Source: Paraspadella gotoi
Lineage: Eukaryota > Animalia > Chaetognatha
Assembly (NCBI GenBank): GCA_051294375.1
Contig: CM119271.1
Coordinates: forward strand, 12,639,039-12,703,038
Length of the DNA stretch: 64,000 nt
Direction: 5' to 3'
Shown here: positions 45,803 through 63,263 of the stretch, piece after piece
Position numbering within the stretch: position 1 is the stretch's first letter
Layout of the letters: every line of letters starts with the position of its first letter
Notes under the pieces: model-generated
Database searches by the model: none
The model's input: the letters and a program-made list of their open reading frames with translations, nothing else
Told to the model about the DNA's origin: nothing
Position numbers and translations under genes: made by a program

Positions 45803-48802
45803 TTGATAGATACCCTGTGTCCGTTCGAGAGTGACACCAAAAAAATCTTTACTCTACTTTGAATATTTAATAAACATAATTCATAAGTATATCATTAGTT
45901 TAAGAACTACTTGACGTTTTTTATGTCCAAGTTTCATTTCGTGTTTAATTTATTTACTATTCTTTGTTTAAATTTTTATCTAACACAGTAAAATTGGCAA
46001 AAAAAGACCATTTTTGGCGTGTTCTTGAGATTTTTTATTTATTTTTTTAATTGTAAATCTTAAGTTTTTTTTATATAATTCGTCCAATTAGAAGAAAATG
46101 CTGTCCTGAACATGTTTTTGACTGTTTTGAATAATTATTTTATATCGTAAGGATTCCTAGATAATTCTTAATTTAATGGTGTAAACGAATTTTAATAATT
46201 TTAAGTATTTAATGAGTAATTAATTTATAATATTTTTTTTAAAAGATTCTGTTTTTTACTGAAGATGAAATTGGATGACAATTTAAGAAAAGTTTTTTAC
46301 ATAAGTAAATATCAAATTAATCTTATGAAATTAAAATATAATAAACGTCCAGTACTTTGCTACTGAATGAGGAAAAAAAATTTTAAAAATATTTATCCAA
46401 TGAGAAATGATACGCATATTTTTGGAGTCACTCGCGAACGGACACGGGGTAGATAGATCGATCCGCCCGATCTAAACCTGCAACATCTCGCCGAGTCGAA
46501 AACTCGGTTTCCTCACATTGACGAAAAACGAGTTCGTATCGAGTTTCGCCGCTCGAAGCCCCAACCGTTTGATCTTCGCCGCTTCGGCGGCGAGGAGGCG
46601 TTGACCGCTGAGAGACCGCCAGGAAAAAGAAAAAGAGTTTGACTCTCTCTCTCTTTTAATCAGAATACGACAATATGACGATATCTCAATTCAGATAATT
46701 CACAAATTAATCTGCTACATCTCTCTCTCTCTCTCCCTCTCTCTCTCTCCTCTTACCCTCCGCTGTGAGCGCCCATGACGAGGACGTCGTCGTGGCGATA
46801 TTCCTTCAAAGGCTCCGTCGCTTCCGTCGAGAGATACACGATTCGATCCGAGGGAAATTCTTGGGAAAAAGGAAGAGGAGTCGTCGACCAAACTTGGTTC
46901 CTCGTTGATGGGTGATGGAGGAGATTGAGGTGGTCTGTGGGGGGGGAGGGGGAGAGAGGTGAGGGGAGGGAAAAGGGGAAGGAGAGGAATGAGGGTTTAA
47001 CTAAATGATTCTGGCTGCAGAGTTTTTGGTATAAAATTTTTTTCCAGAGAACAAGAGGCACGAAGACAAATTAAAACAAAAGGTACCAATTTAACGGGTA
47101 CATACGGGATCGTTTACGGTCAAAGTTGGTCACTAAAACAGTTTTGTAGAGTAATTGACTGCGTCGCTGTTTTCGTCGTCGTTTTAACCATCGTCTTAAG
47201 ATATTTCAGCTGATAAAAAGAAGGCATTCATATTTCTCCCACGAGTTCGAACCTTCCCGGTTTTCGTCGAAACCGCAGAGCACAATGTTGAAGGGTTCCC
47301 ACAATGATCGGTTGACGGCGTAGAGTTCCATCAATGGTTGGAGGATGGAAGCGAAGGAAGGAAAGTTCAAATCGAGAGCGATGGTCTGGAAAAGAGAGAA
47401 CACAACTCCGAGGAAGAGTCCATCGGTTTTGACTCTTCCCTCTCCAAGGTTCATCAAGCCATCATGGGACTTATCTAGCGTCAAGAGACTAATACAGCCT
47501 TCAATCTCATTTAGCCAGTTCAAATGTAATCTTTTCCATACTTTAAATAAGCATACAATACTTTGCAGTCTTTTGTTCTTTTATACACCACCATAGATTT
47601 GATCACAGGCATACCGTAAGCGAAGCTATTAAACCGCTGGACGAGTGATACCAATTCCCAAGTGACTATCCCAGAGCCTCGGAGCGAACGCGGCAAATTG
47701 CCCAACCCATTATGGCACTCATGACCTCTCCCAAAAACTTCTCCCCCACGCACTCTCACCTGGCCGAATTTCATTGCGAAATTCATTCGGTGATTGTGAA
47801 CTTTTCTCGCGTAGTTTGAATCGAGTTTGGGAACGATGACGAGCGGAGGTCCGATCGGACTCACGCCTGATTCAACGAAAATTGCTTTTTTTTTGTTCAC
47901 CGGTGAATCTCCTCGACTCTGGTTGAGATCGAATGGAAGGAGAGAGAAGAGTCGTGAATCCTTTTGTTTTCGCTTTGACCGGTGAAGTCGGGTGAATAAC
48001 GTGACTCACCGCGTTCGTCGTAAATCTCGCCGCGAAAATTCTCTTTCATTCTTTCTCTCGTTCTTTTTTCGATGGTTTTCGTTCGATGCTCGGATTGATT
48101 AGAATTTTCTTCTTTTCTGAAATGAAAATCGAAATTGAAATCACAAGCGATTCGTCCCTCGTTCACTGGCGAGTATAACGACGGAGGATAGATAAGGTCG
48201 TCCTCTGTCATCCTTTAAATCGTCTTCTGTCATCTTTCGACGTATTCTGTCATTCTCTATCATCCTCCATCGTCGTTCTCTATCCTCCGTCATACTCGGT
48301 GGTCCGAGGACGTCCTCTATCATCCTTTCAATTGTCTTTTGTCATCTTCAAACGTTCTTCGTCGTCATCCTTCCCGGTTCGTCGTGGTCCTCCACCAGCC
48401 CTTTAGAACCTGAGTTCGTTTCTCTTCTCCATTTCCGCGAAGTTTCGGTACAGTTTCCTTCTTCGCTCCGACGACGTCTCCGCTTCGAGCTGAAAGAGCG
48501 AAAACCAAATTCCAAATCGATCGATTGACTTTTTCACTTCACCTTCGTCTCACCGTTTTCCGCATTTTCTCGGTGAGTTTCCAAGGGACGTCGGCGCCGA
48601 CGAAGCGTAAATAATCCAGGTCCAACTCGAGATTCGATTCGCCTCCGCCGAGATCTAGCGAGTCCGTTTCGCGGGGACCGAGTCGCTCATTTCCTTCGAC
48701 TTTCGATCCCAATGTCCGAAAGGATCGTCTCTGTTGACTTTTTACGATTCGACGCGATACCAGCAGAAAGTTGGACCAAATCCTTTCCCTTCCGACGATC
48801 AT
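45566..48802 (-). CDS. TRMT10C/MRPP1-like, paralog 2 (divergent), ~8 exons
   Basis: LDYLRFVGADVPWKL; RMNFAMKFGQ-TIALDL; MELYAVNRSLWEPFNIVLC; FPSDRIVYLSTEATEPLKEYRHDDVLVMG; VLADARDTDGNWFYAF. Confidence 0.75.
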
Positions 48803-49254
48803 CCCTTTATTTATTTTTAAAAAAATATAAACCTTTTAAAAGAATAAAGAATAATAAACGCTGCAAACAGGGAGAAAAAAAAATAAAGTAACGGCGAAAA
48901 ATTCGAAGTCAACAAGATTTCGAGATATAATTAATACCCTACATTATCTTTTTTTTTTATAATTAGTTGTAAGAGTCGGACGAGGGCTCGATCGATATAT
49001 AACAAGGATGATTTTATAACTTGTTTTATAACATTTAAAACGAGACTTTTCTTTAAAATGATATCTTTTGTGCGATTCGTCGTCTCGTCTTTGGACGTCG
49101 CAGATTTTCGCACAATTTGTAAAGCGTTAAAAAGGACGAAGCAACCGAGATGTCGCCGTCGCGAACGTCGTACTCGTCTTCAAACGAGCTCGACGTCGCG
49201 AGAGTGAAATTTCGAGAGGTAAAGAAATCGAGAGAGAAAGAAGACCGGAAATTT

Positions 49255-52200
49255 CTAAGAAATCGAACCTTCTTCCCCTCCTCCTTCTCTCCCGTCCTTC
49301 GCTTCTTCCTCCTTCCTCGCCTTCTTCCCCGGTTCTTCCGAATCTCCTCCCCTTTCCTCCTCCCCCTCTTCTTCCTCTTCCTCTTCCTCATTTTCCGGCG
49401 AGTTCCTCTTCAAGGGCGGCTCCCCCCTCTCTTCCTCGCCCCGCCTTCCTTCTCCTTGGCCCTCGATCGCCCCCGAAGATCTTTTTCTTTTCAACGGCGA
49501 CGACAACGACGACGCCGAAATCGAATCCGGCGACGACACGAGCGCCGTCGGCGCCGCGACGGACTCCAACGGCGGCTCCGGCGTGGAAATTTGCGCCGTC
49601 GACGAGGAAATTGGCGCCGACGACGCCGATTCTTTATCGGAGATCGAAGATTCGTCCTCTCGCGGGGTCGAATCTGTTCTTGAAGGCGATGACGAGTCCA
49701 TCGACGCCGTCAACTTTGTCGACTCCGCTTCGGCGTCGGTCTCGATCGATTCCGGTTTTGTCGGCACAGATTCCGCCGCAGCCGCCGCCGCCGCCGCCGC
49801 CGTAGATTCCGGCGTCGACATCTGTTCGCTGGTTTCCTCATTCCTTGCGTCGATCGATGCGGCGTCGGCGGCGTCTTTGCTCGTCGTCGCCTCGGCGTCA
49901 TCTTCCATCTCATCGACGCCGGCGTCGTCCAGCGGCGTCGCCCGATCATCTCTTCGCGTAGAGTCGGCGGCTTCGTCGTCTTCGGAGAAGGGGGCGGGAG
50001 GAGCAGCGGACGACGCCGCGGGAGCCGCTGACGGCGTCGCGGAGGCAGCAGCAGACGGCGCGGCAGGGCAGGCGTCAGTTTTGATAACGGAGATCGGCGC
50101 CGGTTTAGTTTCGTCGTCGGGTTTTTCATGAAGCGGAAGATGAGACTCTGGAAAAAGCGGATATGTATTAAAATTAATATAAATTATATAAAATAAAAAT
50201 TGGTTAAATTAAAAAAAAAACTTTCCAACCGGAAGTTGATGAGGATGAAGATTCTGTAGACGCGCCGGCGTCAGCGACCGCAGCTGAAGCGTCGGTGGCG
50301 GCGACCGCGGCAGCGGGAGCGGCGGCCAAGACAGTTGCGGCCGCAGCAGCAGCGGCTGGAGCGTCCGCGGCGGCTGAAGCGGCTGAGGCTGTCATCAGCG
50401 ACTCATCGATGGGCGCGGGGGGAGTCGAGACGGCGGGCAGTGCGGGGCTGACCGTCCTTACAATGCGGACGTTTTTCTCGAATCCGCGCAACAATTTGTC
50501 GATTCGTTTGTAATATTTCTTGGGTTGAGTCAAAAGTTCGCAGAGACGCTGTAAAAAAAAATATATATAATAATTATGTCAAGATAGAGGCTCACCTTAC
50601 CGCCAGAACCTCTCTCTCCCCCGGGCCTTCTCTTCCCCATTACATACTTACCCTACTTACCTCTTTCCCTGATGAGAGACTAGTTAGTACCTACCTTTAG
50701 CTAGATACCCATCTTCCCAGTATGTATTTATCTCTTTCACTTTCTCTCTCCCTCTCTCTTTTTCTCTCTCCCTCCCTCCCTCCGCCATTCCTCTCTCTCT
50801 ATTTCCCGCTCACTCACTCTCTCTCTCTCTCCCCCCCTCCAACCTGAATGGTGAATGGAATCCCCTGAAAATTATTAAGCGCAGTGACGATTCTTTTCTT
50901 CATCTTAAGGATGTGAATCGCGCAGCCGTCGTTCCCGTCGCTGGTCAGAGGTGACCCGTCGCTCGCCGACACCTGGAAATTCGCAAGACGCAATTTAAAG
51001 TCAATCTTGGGGAAAAAATTCGATCGGCTGAAAAAAATTAAATTAAATGAAGAAGTTTGAGGCGTTGAACGGCCCTAAATTTTTTTTAAAGGACGCATTT
51101 CCAAATCTAAAACAACTTAATAATATTAGTAATATTTTATAAATTATGCCAATTTTTGTTTAATTAAAACAGTACTGCACAAGTAATAAATACATTAAGC
51201 ATCTTATATTGCTCAACAATTTTAATTAAATATTTCAGATGTAAAAAGAAAAAAAAACAAAACAACGAACATACCCGACCGATCGACCAAAAGATTGAAA
51301 GATTCCTACCTGAATCTTTTCTTCGAGGAAACTGAGGTCTTCCTCCTCGTTGGTGATCTCCTCGACGACCTTTTCCAACTTGAGGACGACCAAGTGGCGC
51401 AGCTTGGTCCATGGCAGGCATGGCCAGCCTGATATGAGAGGATGGGGGGCAGTTAAGGATACGGGAGAAAGAGGTCAGGATGACCAAGTGGCGCAGCTTG
51501 GTCCATGGCAGCATGCCCACGCCTGATTATGAGAGGAGGGGGGGCAGTTAAGGATACGGGAGAAAGAGGTCAGGATGACCAAGTGGCGCAGCTTGGTCCA
51601 TGGCAGCATCGCCACGCCTGATTATGAGAGGAGGGGGGGAGTTAAGGATACGGGAGAAAGAGGTCAGGATGACCAAGTGGCGCAGCTTGGTCCATGGCAG
51701 CATCGCCACGCCTGATTACGAGAGGAGGGGGGGGCAGTTAAGGATACGGGAGAAAGAGGTCAGGATGACCAAGTGGCGCAGCTTGGTCCATGGCAGCATT
51801 GCCACGCCTGATTATGAGAGGAGGGGGGGGGCAGTTAAGGATGCGGGAGAAAGAGGTCAAGAAGGAAAGGTAGGTAAAAAATGTTTTGAACTAAATAGAA
51901 GATGATAAAAAAAAATGTTGCTCATCTCTCTCTTTAGTTGTCCACAACCCGAACCCCCTGAACGAATGCCGAACAGACGAACCTGTTTTGGCGATCTCCT
52001 CCAAGTATTTCTCGAGGATGTCGGGGATCCCGACGCGCGGCGCTCCCACGCCGTTCATCTCGATAGAAGAGGGAGGCGCGTCTTCCATCTTTCCCTCTTG
52101 AGAAAAAAAAAGTGAGACTTTATGAATATATATTATATATATAATTTATATATATATGAAGGCGACCTTCCTACGAATATCAAAATCCTCCGCTAATTCC

Positions 52201-53054
52201 AATACGTTTCGCCGGAGTCACTTTCTTTCATTTATGTTTCATAAAAATCATATCATTTTAGAACGCATTCCATCTTTTATTATTTATGGTAAAAGTCTTA
52301 GGATGCCTTACTTTTGTACCAAATATAAACTAAATTGATGAAGTATTACCCAAGTTACAAACTTTTTTTAATATCATCAACGGAATAGACTTACAGACGG
52401 ACTTGATTGGCCTCGTGATGTGATTGCTCGTCTCCTTCACGAATCATCAGAAAGTCGACGAATCACAGACCTTAGATTGACCTTAGATTGACCAATGACC
52501 GACAAAGGAACCGACGGAGGGATCGACGGTCGGAATTGCTAAGAGAACTACAGGGCAGGCACTATCCTCAGCACCCAAACTCAAGAAACAACTTCTTTAA
52601 ATAATTAATTGTTATCACCTTCGTCGTAACCTTTGTCATTGTGTCATCGTTACATTTGTCAACAGTTTAAATCATTGTCCGTCGTTAATAAAACTATTGC
52701 CGAACAAATACTTGCCATCAATATTAATTACCCTCGTTATTTGACTAAAAGTCAACGATATAAATAGGACGGACATACATACCGACCGACCAAAAAGTGA
52801 CTTATGGAGTAGTTACAAGACTTTTCGCGGCGCAATTAAAAACGCTATTCGACATTTGCGGGGTTCCGCCCCCCCCTCTCTGTCATTTCTCCGTTTATCT
52901 CCTGCATCAAAGCATCAAAGCAACCAAACAGCCAATCAACCAATCTGCCAATCAACCAAACAGACACTTTCATCCCACCTCCTTTGACCTCCTCGATCGC
53001 CTGGCAGAGTTCGTCCAGGGCGACGCCGACGGATTCTTTGCTAAAAACCGGCAT
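49255..53054 (-). CDS. PPP4R2: Protein phosphatase 4 regulatory subunit 2 with a long acidic low-complexity C-terminus
   Basis: DILEKYLEEIAKTG / MLPWTKLRHLVVLKLEKVV / GIPFTIQ / RLCELLTQPKKYYKRIDKLLRGFEKNVRIVRTVSP match PP4R2 core motifs. The start ATG at 53054 is inferred. Confidence 0.85.
51383..51860. repeat. ~95-bp tandem repeat (x5) duplicating a PPP4R2 intron-exon boundary
   Basis: Units in register at ~51387, 51481, 51576, 51670 and 51766. Each has a pyrimidine tract + CAG + the first ~47 nt of the exon on the minus strand. Confidence 0.9.
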
Positions 53055-54497
53055 CGTCTGTCGGGCCAATGGGGAAGTAGTGGGCGTGGCTGACAACCCG
53101 GCGTCGCCGCTTTTGTTTATTATTTGTTTGTTCGTTTTTTTTTTTATCGAGGAACTAAAACTTCATAAAAACACAAATAAATGGTAAGCGGAGTTAAATA
53201 ATTTTTTGTTTTTGTTTTAAGGGTCAGTCTCGACTGAGTAACAACTAGTATAGCCAAGGGTACGAGGCTTTCGAAAGTGCGATAACAAAATAGTAACGAG
53301 GATACTACGCTAGGACACAGACATTGAAACGGGTTGGCTTTTTTTTTTATTTTGTTTTTTTTTTTGGAGATGGGGTACACGAAAAAAATCAAGAACCTTA
53401 GGCTATTTTTTAGGACCTGAAGAATTCAAGCAATCAACTAAATGCAAGTAATGGCACTTAAGGGAAATAATGAATCGATTTCGATATATTTTAGATTCGT
53501 TTGTTGGTTTAGAGCAGACAGTTAAGATACTAAATATTCCCTGAGAAAAATTTAAAAATTAAGAAATTTTTTTGGTTTCTTTTTGTTTCGAGTAACACTT
53601 GACCTTAATGTCCGAGTTGTTATTGATATATATTATATAAACTTTTATTCACGAATGAGCATCACTACATTAAAGACTAAAGAGTTATCGAAATAACCTT
53701 TTCATAATTTTTGATTTTGATGATTGGAAAAATATCATTTGCAAGGAACCTCACATTTTCAAGTAAAAATTAGCGTTACACAGAGTAAAGCGATAAAAAA
53801 AAGAAGAAAAAAGATGAATTTCTATTTATTAGTCTATGACATAGTCGTAGATCACATAAAAATAACGGTTAAGAAATAAAACGTTAATGAGTGAGATTCT
53901 CTCGCGCCCAATATTACGCTATTTTCCAATGAGGCGACGAAATCGATTCGTTATTTCCCTTAATTCAAAAAGTTTCAATGTATAAGAGAGAGAAAAATGA
54001 GATAATCATGGCAATTTTTTTTATTTCACGAATCACGAATCGAATGTATCATTCATTCATCATTCATTCATGTATCATTCATTCATCATTAATTCCGTGG
54101 GAGATCTTTTTTTCAAGATTAAGCGACACGAAGACCTTTTTAAAACTCTCTCTGAAAATATTAACATCCGATCGAATGATCATATTGACCTCAATTCAAA
54201 AGCTCACGTAACCTTTCTTGTCCGTCAAACAGGAAGTAGGGCACTTTCAAATTCAATGTAAGCGAAAGAAAACTTTTCACTTCTCTTTTGTTAGTTACGT
54301 CTGGAGGAAAGAAACGATGGAAAATCATCAACAGCTCAAAAAGAATTATATTTTGTGAATAAGGTTTCTTTTTGGAATTAAAGGATTTTAATTTCATTTA
54401 AATTTATAATCAATCTGCTACCTATCGTTTGACCCTTAAGAATTAATAAAATATCAGTATAAATTACTAAATACATCTATTACATGTAAACCACCAA

Positions 54498-54575
54498 AGC
54501 CTGTCCAAAGTCAGGGGCAAGATAGCTTATTTATTAAATGAATGGATAATTTTTATATTGGTTGTCCCAATTTCA
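54498..54575. mobile_element. Family D MITE terminal fragment
   Basis: ccaaagtcaggggcaagatagcttatttattaaatgaatggataatttt...ccaatttca. Confidence 0.75.
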
Positions 54576-55218
54576 TGAATAAGGATTTTACAATAATGAA
54601 ATTTTTCATGCGCATGTGCAGACCACAGGAGACGCAAAATTCAACATTTACGAAGACAAAAAAAAGCAAACCGATGATTTTGTCCGACTCGTTTCTTTCT
54701 TCGCCGCTAGAGTTAGTCCTACTCTTTCACTCATTAAAACAAGACACGTTTCTTTCCCTCATTTTTCGTCCATCTTTTTAAAAAATAACTAACAATCGAT
54801 AGAGACAAAATGAAAAGGGAAAAAAAAAGTCGTAAATGACGGTCAAAGTGACGAGTTTCAAAAAAAAACAACAACAAAAACTTTCACGCACGGATATACC
54901 TCATCAAAATATACGACGCGACGTTAAAAAATCCCGTAAACGACTAGTGGAATTTTGTTTGTTTGTTTTTTGTTTTGATAGACAGACGATTATAAATATA
55001 TCGTGGAAAAAGAAGAGTCAAGATGCATGGGTTGGTTTTTTTTTCTCGGAGGGTGAGGGGGTAGAGGGGGGAAAAGAGGGTGTTTTTGAGGGGGAATTTG
55101 GTTGACTTTTTTTTTTTTTGGTCGAACTCGTGACTAGCGATTTGGACATCTAAACGTAGCAACGGAACCACGCCACCCCCCCCCAAAGCCCATCCCCCTC
55201 CCACATGGAGGAGCCACT

Positions 55219-57858
55219 TCAAGCGGACAAATCGATCTGGTCGGGAGGTCGTTGATGGCGAAGTATTGATGTCGAATGTCTTCGTCGAGAACGCGGACGA
55301 TCCTCGCGCCCGAGACGTCTTTCCCCAATTGAGCGCCCACCGCCGACGTCACGATCACCTGCCAAGAGAAAAACGCCAATTCGTTCGTCCAATCCAAAGA
55401 AGAGGATTTTTTTTTTTAAAGTCAACGCGAGACGGACGAACCTCCAAATCGCCCATTGCGCGCCCTCCCGCGTTTCGATGGTAATGCCCGCAAAATATTT
55501 TCCTGATGAAAAAAAGATTTTGATCCGAAGCTCAGGGGGACTGCTTATATTTGAACGGTTCCGTCACTGACACACAACAATGTCTCCAACACAATTCATT
55601 ACCGTCTCTTCACCTTCTCGTTTAAAAACGAGTTAATTTTAACAAAAACTCTAAATTAAACTCGCACCTAATAACCTATAATCAATCGGACCTGATGCCG
55701 CCCCGGTACAACTTTCTGAGCAGAGGCGTCCTTCGCTCCGACGGAAGATTAAAGTAAAGATCGTCGGGTTCTTCTGGATCCGCGAGGAAAGGAGGGATAT
55801 GCATGAACGCGACCCGATGTCGGGGTCGAGCCGAGGAAGCGGAGTCGTCGTCGTCGTCGTTGACTTGAGGGGCCTCCGAGGGGGCCCCGTCCGAGGGGGC
55901 CTCCGAGGGCGGACAGGATAAAGTTTTGTTCAGCCAAGATTCCTGCTCTTTGGCCAAAACTGGGACGAGACTGGGATCCTTGTAGTACTGCGGGAGATGA
56001 ATGAATTAGAAAATAAATCAATTTCAAAATAAACTTGAGTAAAAGCTAAGCGAGATGCCTAGTAACTCGGCAAAGTATTTGGGAAAACAAACTTTCGATA
56101 AACCGTTGGATTTGATTCTAATCCGTTTTCATTTACATTTTTGACTAATAAAACATTACTCTTCATTACGTTTAATTAGTAATTATCAACTGTCGTTTAA
56201 TAATAATTTATCCTATTCTTTTTTTTCCTTTTAATTCAAATCGCGTTACTTTATACTTTTCCGTATCAGATCAACTACTCTCTTGGCTCTTACAATGAGT
56301 ACTATATGTATTTAGTTCCGCTATTCATTAAGCATTTTTTCGCTTGGATTTACGATTCCCGATGCCCGTCTGCTTAATCCACTGACAAAGACCGACCGAC
56401 CAGACCTGGGAATTGACGACGACGAAGTGGACGCCCGCGACCCAAAACTCGAAGTAATCGTCGCCGAATTCGTCCGTGTATCGCTTGACGTCTTTGGGAG
56501 TTGGACGGTCGCCGACGTCGTGATTGCCGCAGACGCAAACGACCGGGATGGAAGGGTCCAACGCCGTCAGGGTTTCTGAGAGGTGAGGCCATTTGAATGG
56601 AGGTAAGTAAAAGGGATCGTGAAAGAGGAAAAAGGGAGTAAGTTAGCGCCTTATCCACACCCCTTCCCTCTAAGTGGGCTGAAGATGACTATCCGTAACT
56701 TCTATAACCCCCTTTAGTAGCCATGGAACGGGTCCTGGGCTTGGAACCAGGCTTGAGGGGTTCCCACGCCCCCCAAGGCGGCTTACGGCCGTCCTCACGC
56801 TTCCCACAGGGTAGGTACCGGGTTGGGATTGAACCCGGTACCTAGTGGTCATGAGCTGATTGCTTTACTCAATGAGCCACCGGGTAGGGACTGAAGGTGT
56901 CATGCTTATAGGCGGGGTGAACCTAGGCAATGCCCGACTACAGGGGTTAAGAGGCCGAGGATGACTTCCGTAACTTCTTTAATCCCTATTTAGCAGCCAT
57001 GGGAACTCGGGCTTGGAACCAGGGCCTCTCTGTCCCCCCCACCCTAGGCGGTTAACGGCCCATACAGAAATATCCGGGTTAAAAGAAAGGTTAGAGACAA
57101 AGTAAAAAAAAAAAAAAAAAGAAAGGCGAGTTGGAGCAAATTAAGCTTAACGACGAAATAGTAAATCTAAACTAAATCTTTATTTCTCACTCTTGAAATC
57201 CTTTTCCTGCTCCTCCCTCCTCGGATCGTCCCAAGGGAAAGAGTCGACCAAATCTCCGCAAATGACGAAGAATTTGGGTTTCGGTCTCATCGCGTTGATT
57301 TTGGCGATGAGTGCGGAGAGGAGCTCGATCTCCGCTTGCCATCCTCCAGTCTTGATCGTCTCAACGTCGTTTATGTCTTCTTTGAAACTGGGAGAGGAAG
57401 GGGGGGGAAATTGAGGGTAGATGGAACTCCGCGCGGGGATTGGTCTCTCCATTCGTAATGTTAATGTAAGAGCGTAATAAACCAGAAAAAAAAAGCCTTA
57501 TATTAATACAGAACATAAACCAATGGGACATGAAATAATTTACTTCTATATGCAAATTAGATTGATGAATTCAATCTCATGTACGGTGTCATTTTAAGAA
57601 TCTAACTCTTACATTATCGGACTGACTGACAGACTGCTCTGATAAAAAAATAATTGAAAGAAAAACTATCAAATCGTCATCATCATCATCATCATCATCA
57701 CCACATTCACATCCAGACCTTTCTATCATCCCGAACTGCGTGTCCGACCCTTGAACGAAGAAATAGGGCTCCAGCCATTGACCCTCTTCTTCGAAGGTCC
57801 ACCCTTCCAGCCCGCGGTCGCGTCCCTTCTTGATGACGAGGTCACCGGATGACGTCAT
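55219..57858 (-). CDS. CPPED1: Calcineurin-like metallophosphoesterase CPPED1
   Basis: FFVQGSDTQFGM; PKPKFFVICGDLVD; VCVCGNHDVGDRPT; FMHIPPFL; FCGHYHRNAGG; VTSAVGAQLG. The end is uncertain because of a frameshift. Confidence 0.93.
56660..56942 (-). mobile_element. Family C Pol III-box + twister unit (most complete copy) in a CPPED1 intron
   Basis: TGTAGTC start; A box TGGCTCATTGAG (56879-56868); B box GGTTCAATCCC (56835-56825) in a 13-bp stem taggtaccgggtt/aacccggtaccta; twister follows. Confidence 0.85.
56721..56809 (-). ncRNA. Twister ribozyme, type P5 (family C)
   Basis: ctgtggga-a-gcgt-GA-GGA-cggccg-T^AA-gcc-GC-cttgggggg/cccctcaag-cctgg-TTCC-AA-GC-ccagg-acccg-ttccatgg. Cut at 56785^56784; P2 is imperfect. 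Confidence 0.72.
56943..57061 (-). mobile_element. Diverged partial family C unit in tandem, starting near the twister cleavage site
   Basis: Minus strand ggccgttaaccgcc...cctggttccaagccc...ccatggctgcta...taaagaagttacgga.gtcatc, directly abutting the TGTAGTC of the next unit. Confidence 0.7.
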
Positions 57859-58368
57859 CGCTCCCTTTCTGTTTTCGCCGTCAAAACGAGAGATGGCGCG
57901 TGAGCGAGCGAGCGAGCGAGACGTTGGGAAGAAAATCCGGTCAGGCGATCGACGAGACCGTTGAACCGGAGGAATGAACCGCCTCAGATCGAAAAGGAAA
58001 GGGTCATTTCCGCTTTGGGTTTAGTTTTTAACTAGCGGGGGTTCAGTTTTTGATTTGAGCGCCTTTAAAAATGCGGTGGGGAAAAAAGCGACTGTTTTTT
58101 TTAAAAAAAAGAAAGCTCTTCCGGTGGCAGTTTATTATCGATCCTAATTGATTAAAACTAATAATAATTGTAATAATATCGATGACTTATCGACGACAAT
58201 AAATAATTACGTACGAATGATTAGTTGTCAAAAAGGTAGGCGTATAAAATACATTAGGAGGCAAAAAAAGAAGCACCGAATTGAAAGAGTTTTTTTTTGT
58301 CGTGTGATTTTAAAGTTTCAGTCAGTACCCTTTTTCGTAACAAAGTAGTAGAGTATTCGACGTGACGA

Positions 58369-62986
<4,618 letters not shown>

Positions 62987-63263
62987 TTTTGTTCTTAGTT
63001 TAATCGTAATTTAAGAGGGGAAACGAACATGGCGAAAAACTCACTTTGTTAAAAATAAAAAAAAAAATAAAAAAAATAACAGACGCGGTAAAAAAAAGAC
63101 GAATCATAAATAGGGATGTAACGAAGGGCGATTTAAATATAACATAACTTGGGGGAAGTTGCTTTAGTCCTCAACTCCGCCCAATAAACGAAGGAACGGA
63201 AGAACAAACGAGGTAACGGACTGACGAATGTCAGTGACCAAGGAACTAAAGGAACTCACTCGA

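Noticed and set aside
42212-50131. Long plus-strand ORFs antisense to FN3 and PPP4R2 exons
   Set aside because: Shadow ORFs of GC-rich coding sequence with no recognisable domains.
50668-50710. CTGATGAG hammerhead-like motif
   Set aside because: No stem II followed by GAAA, and no other copies.
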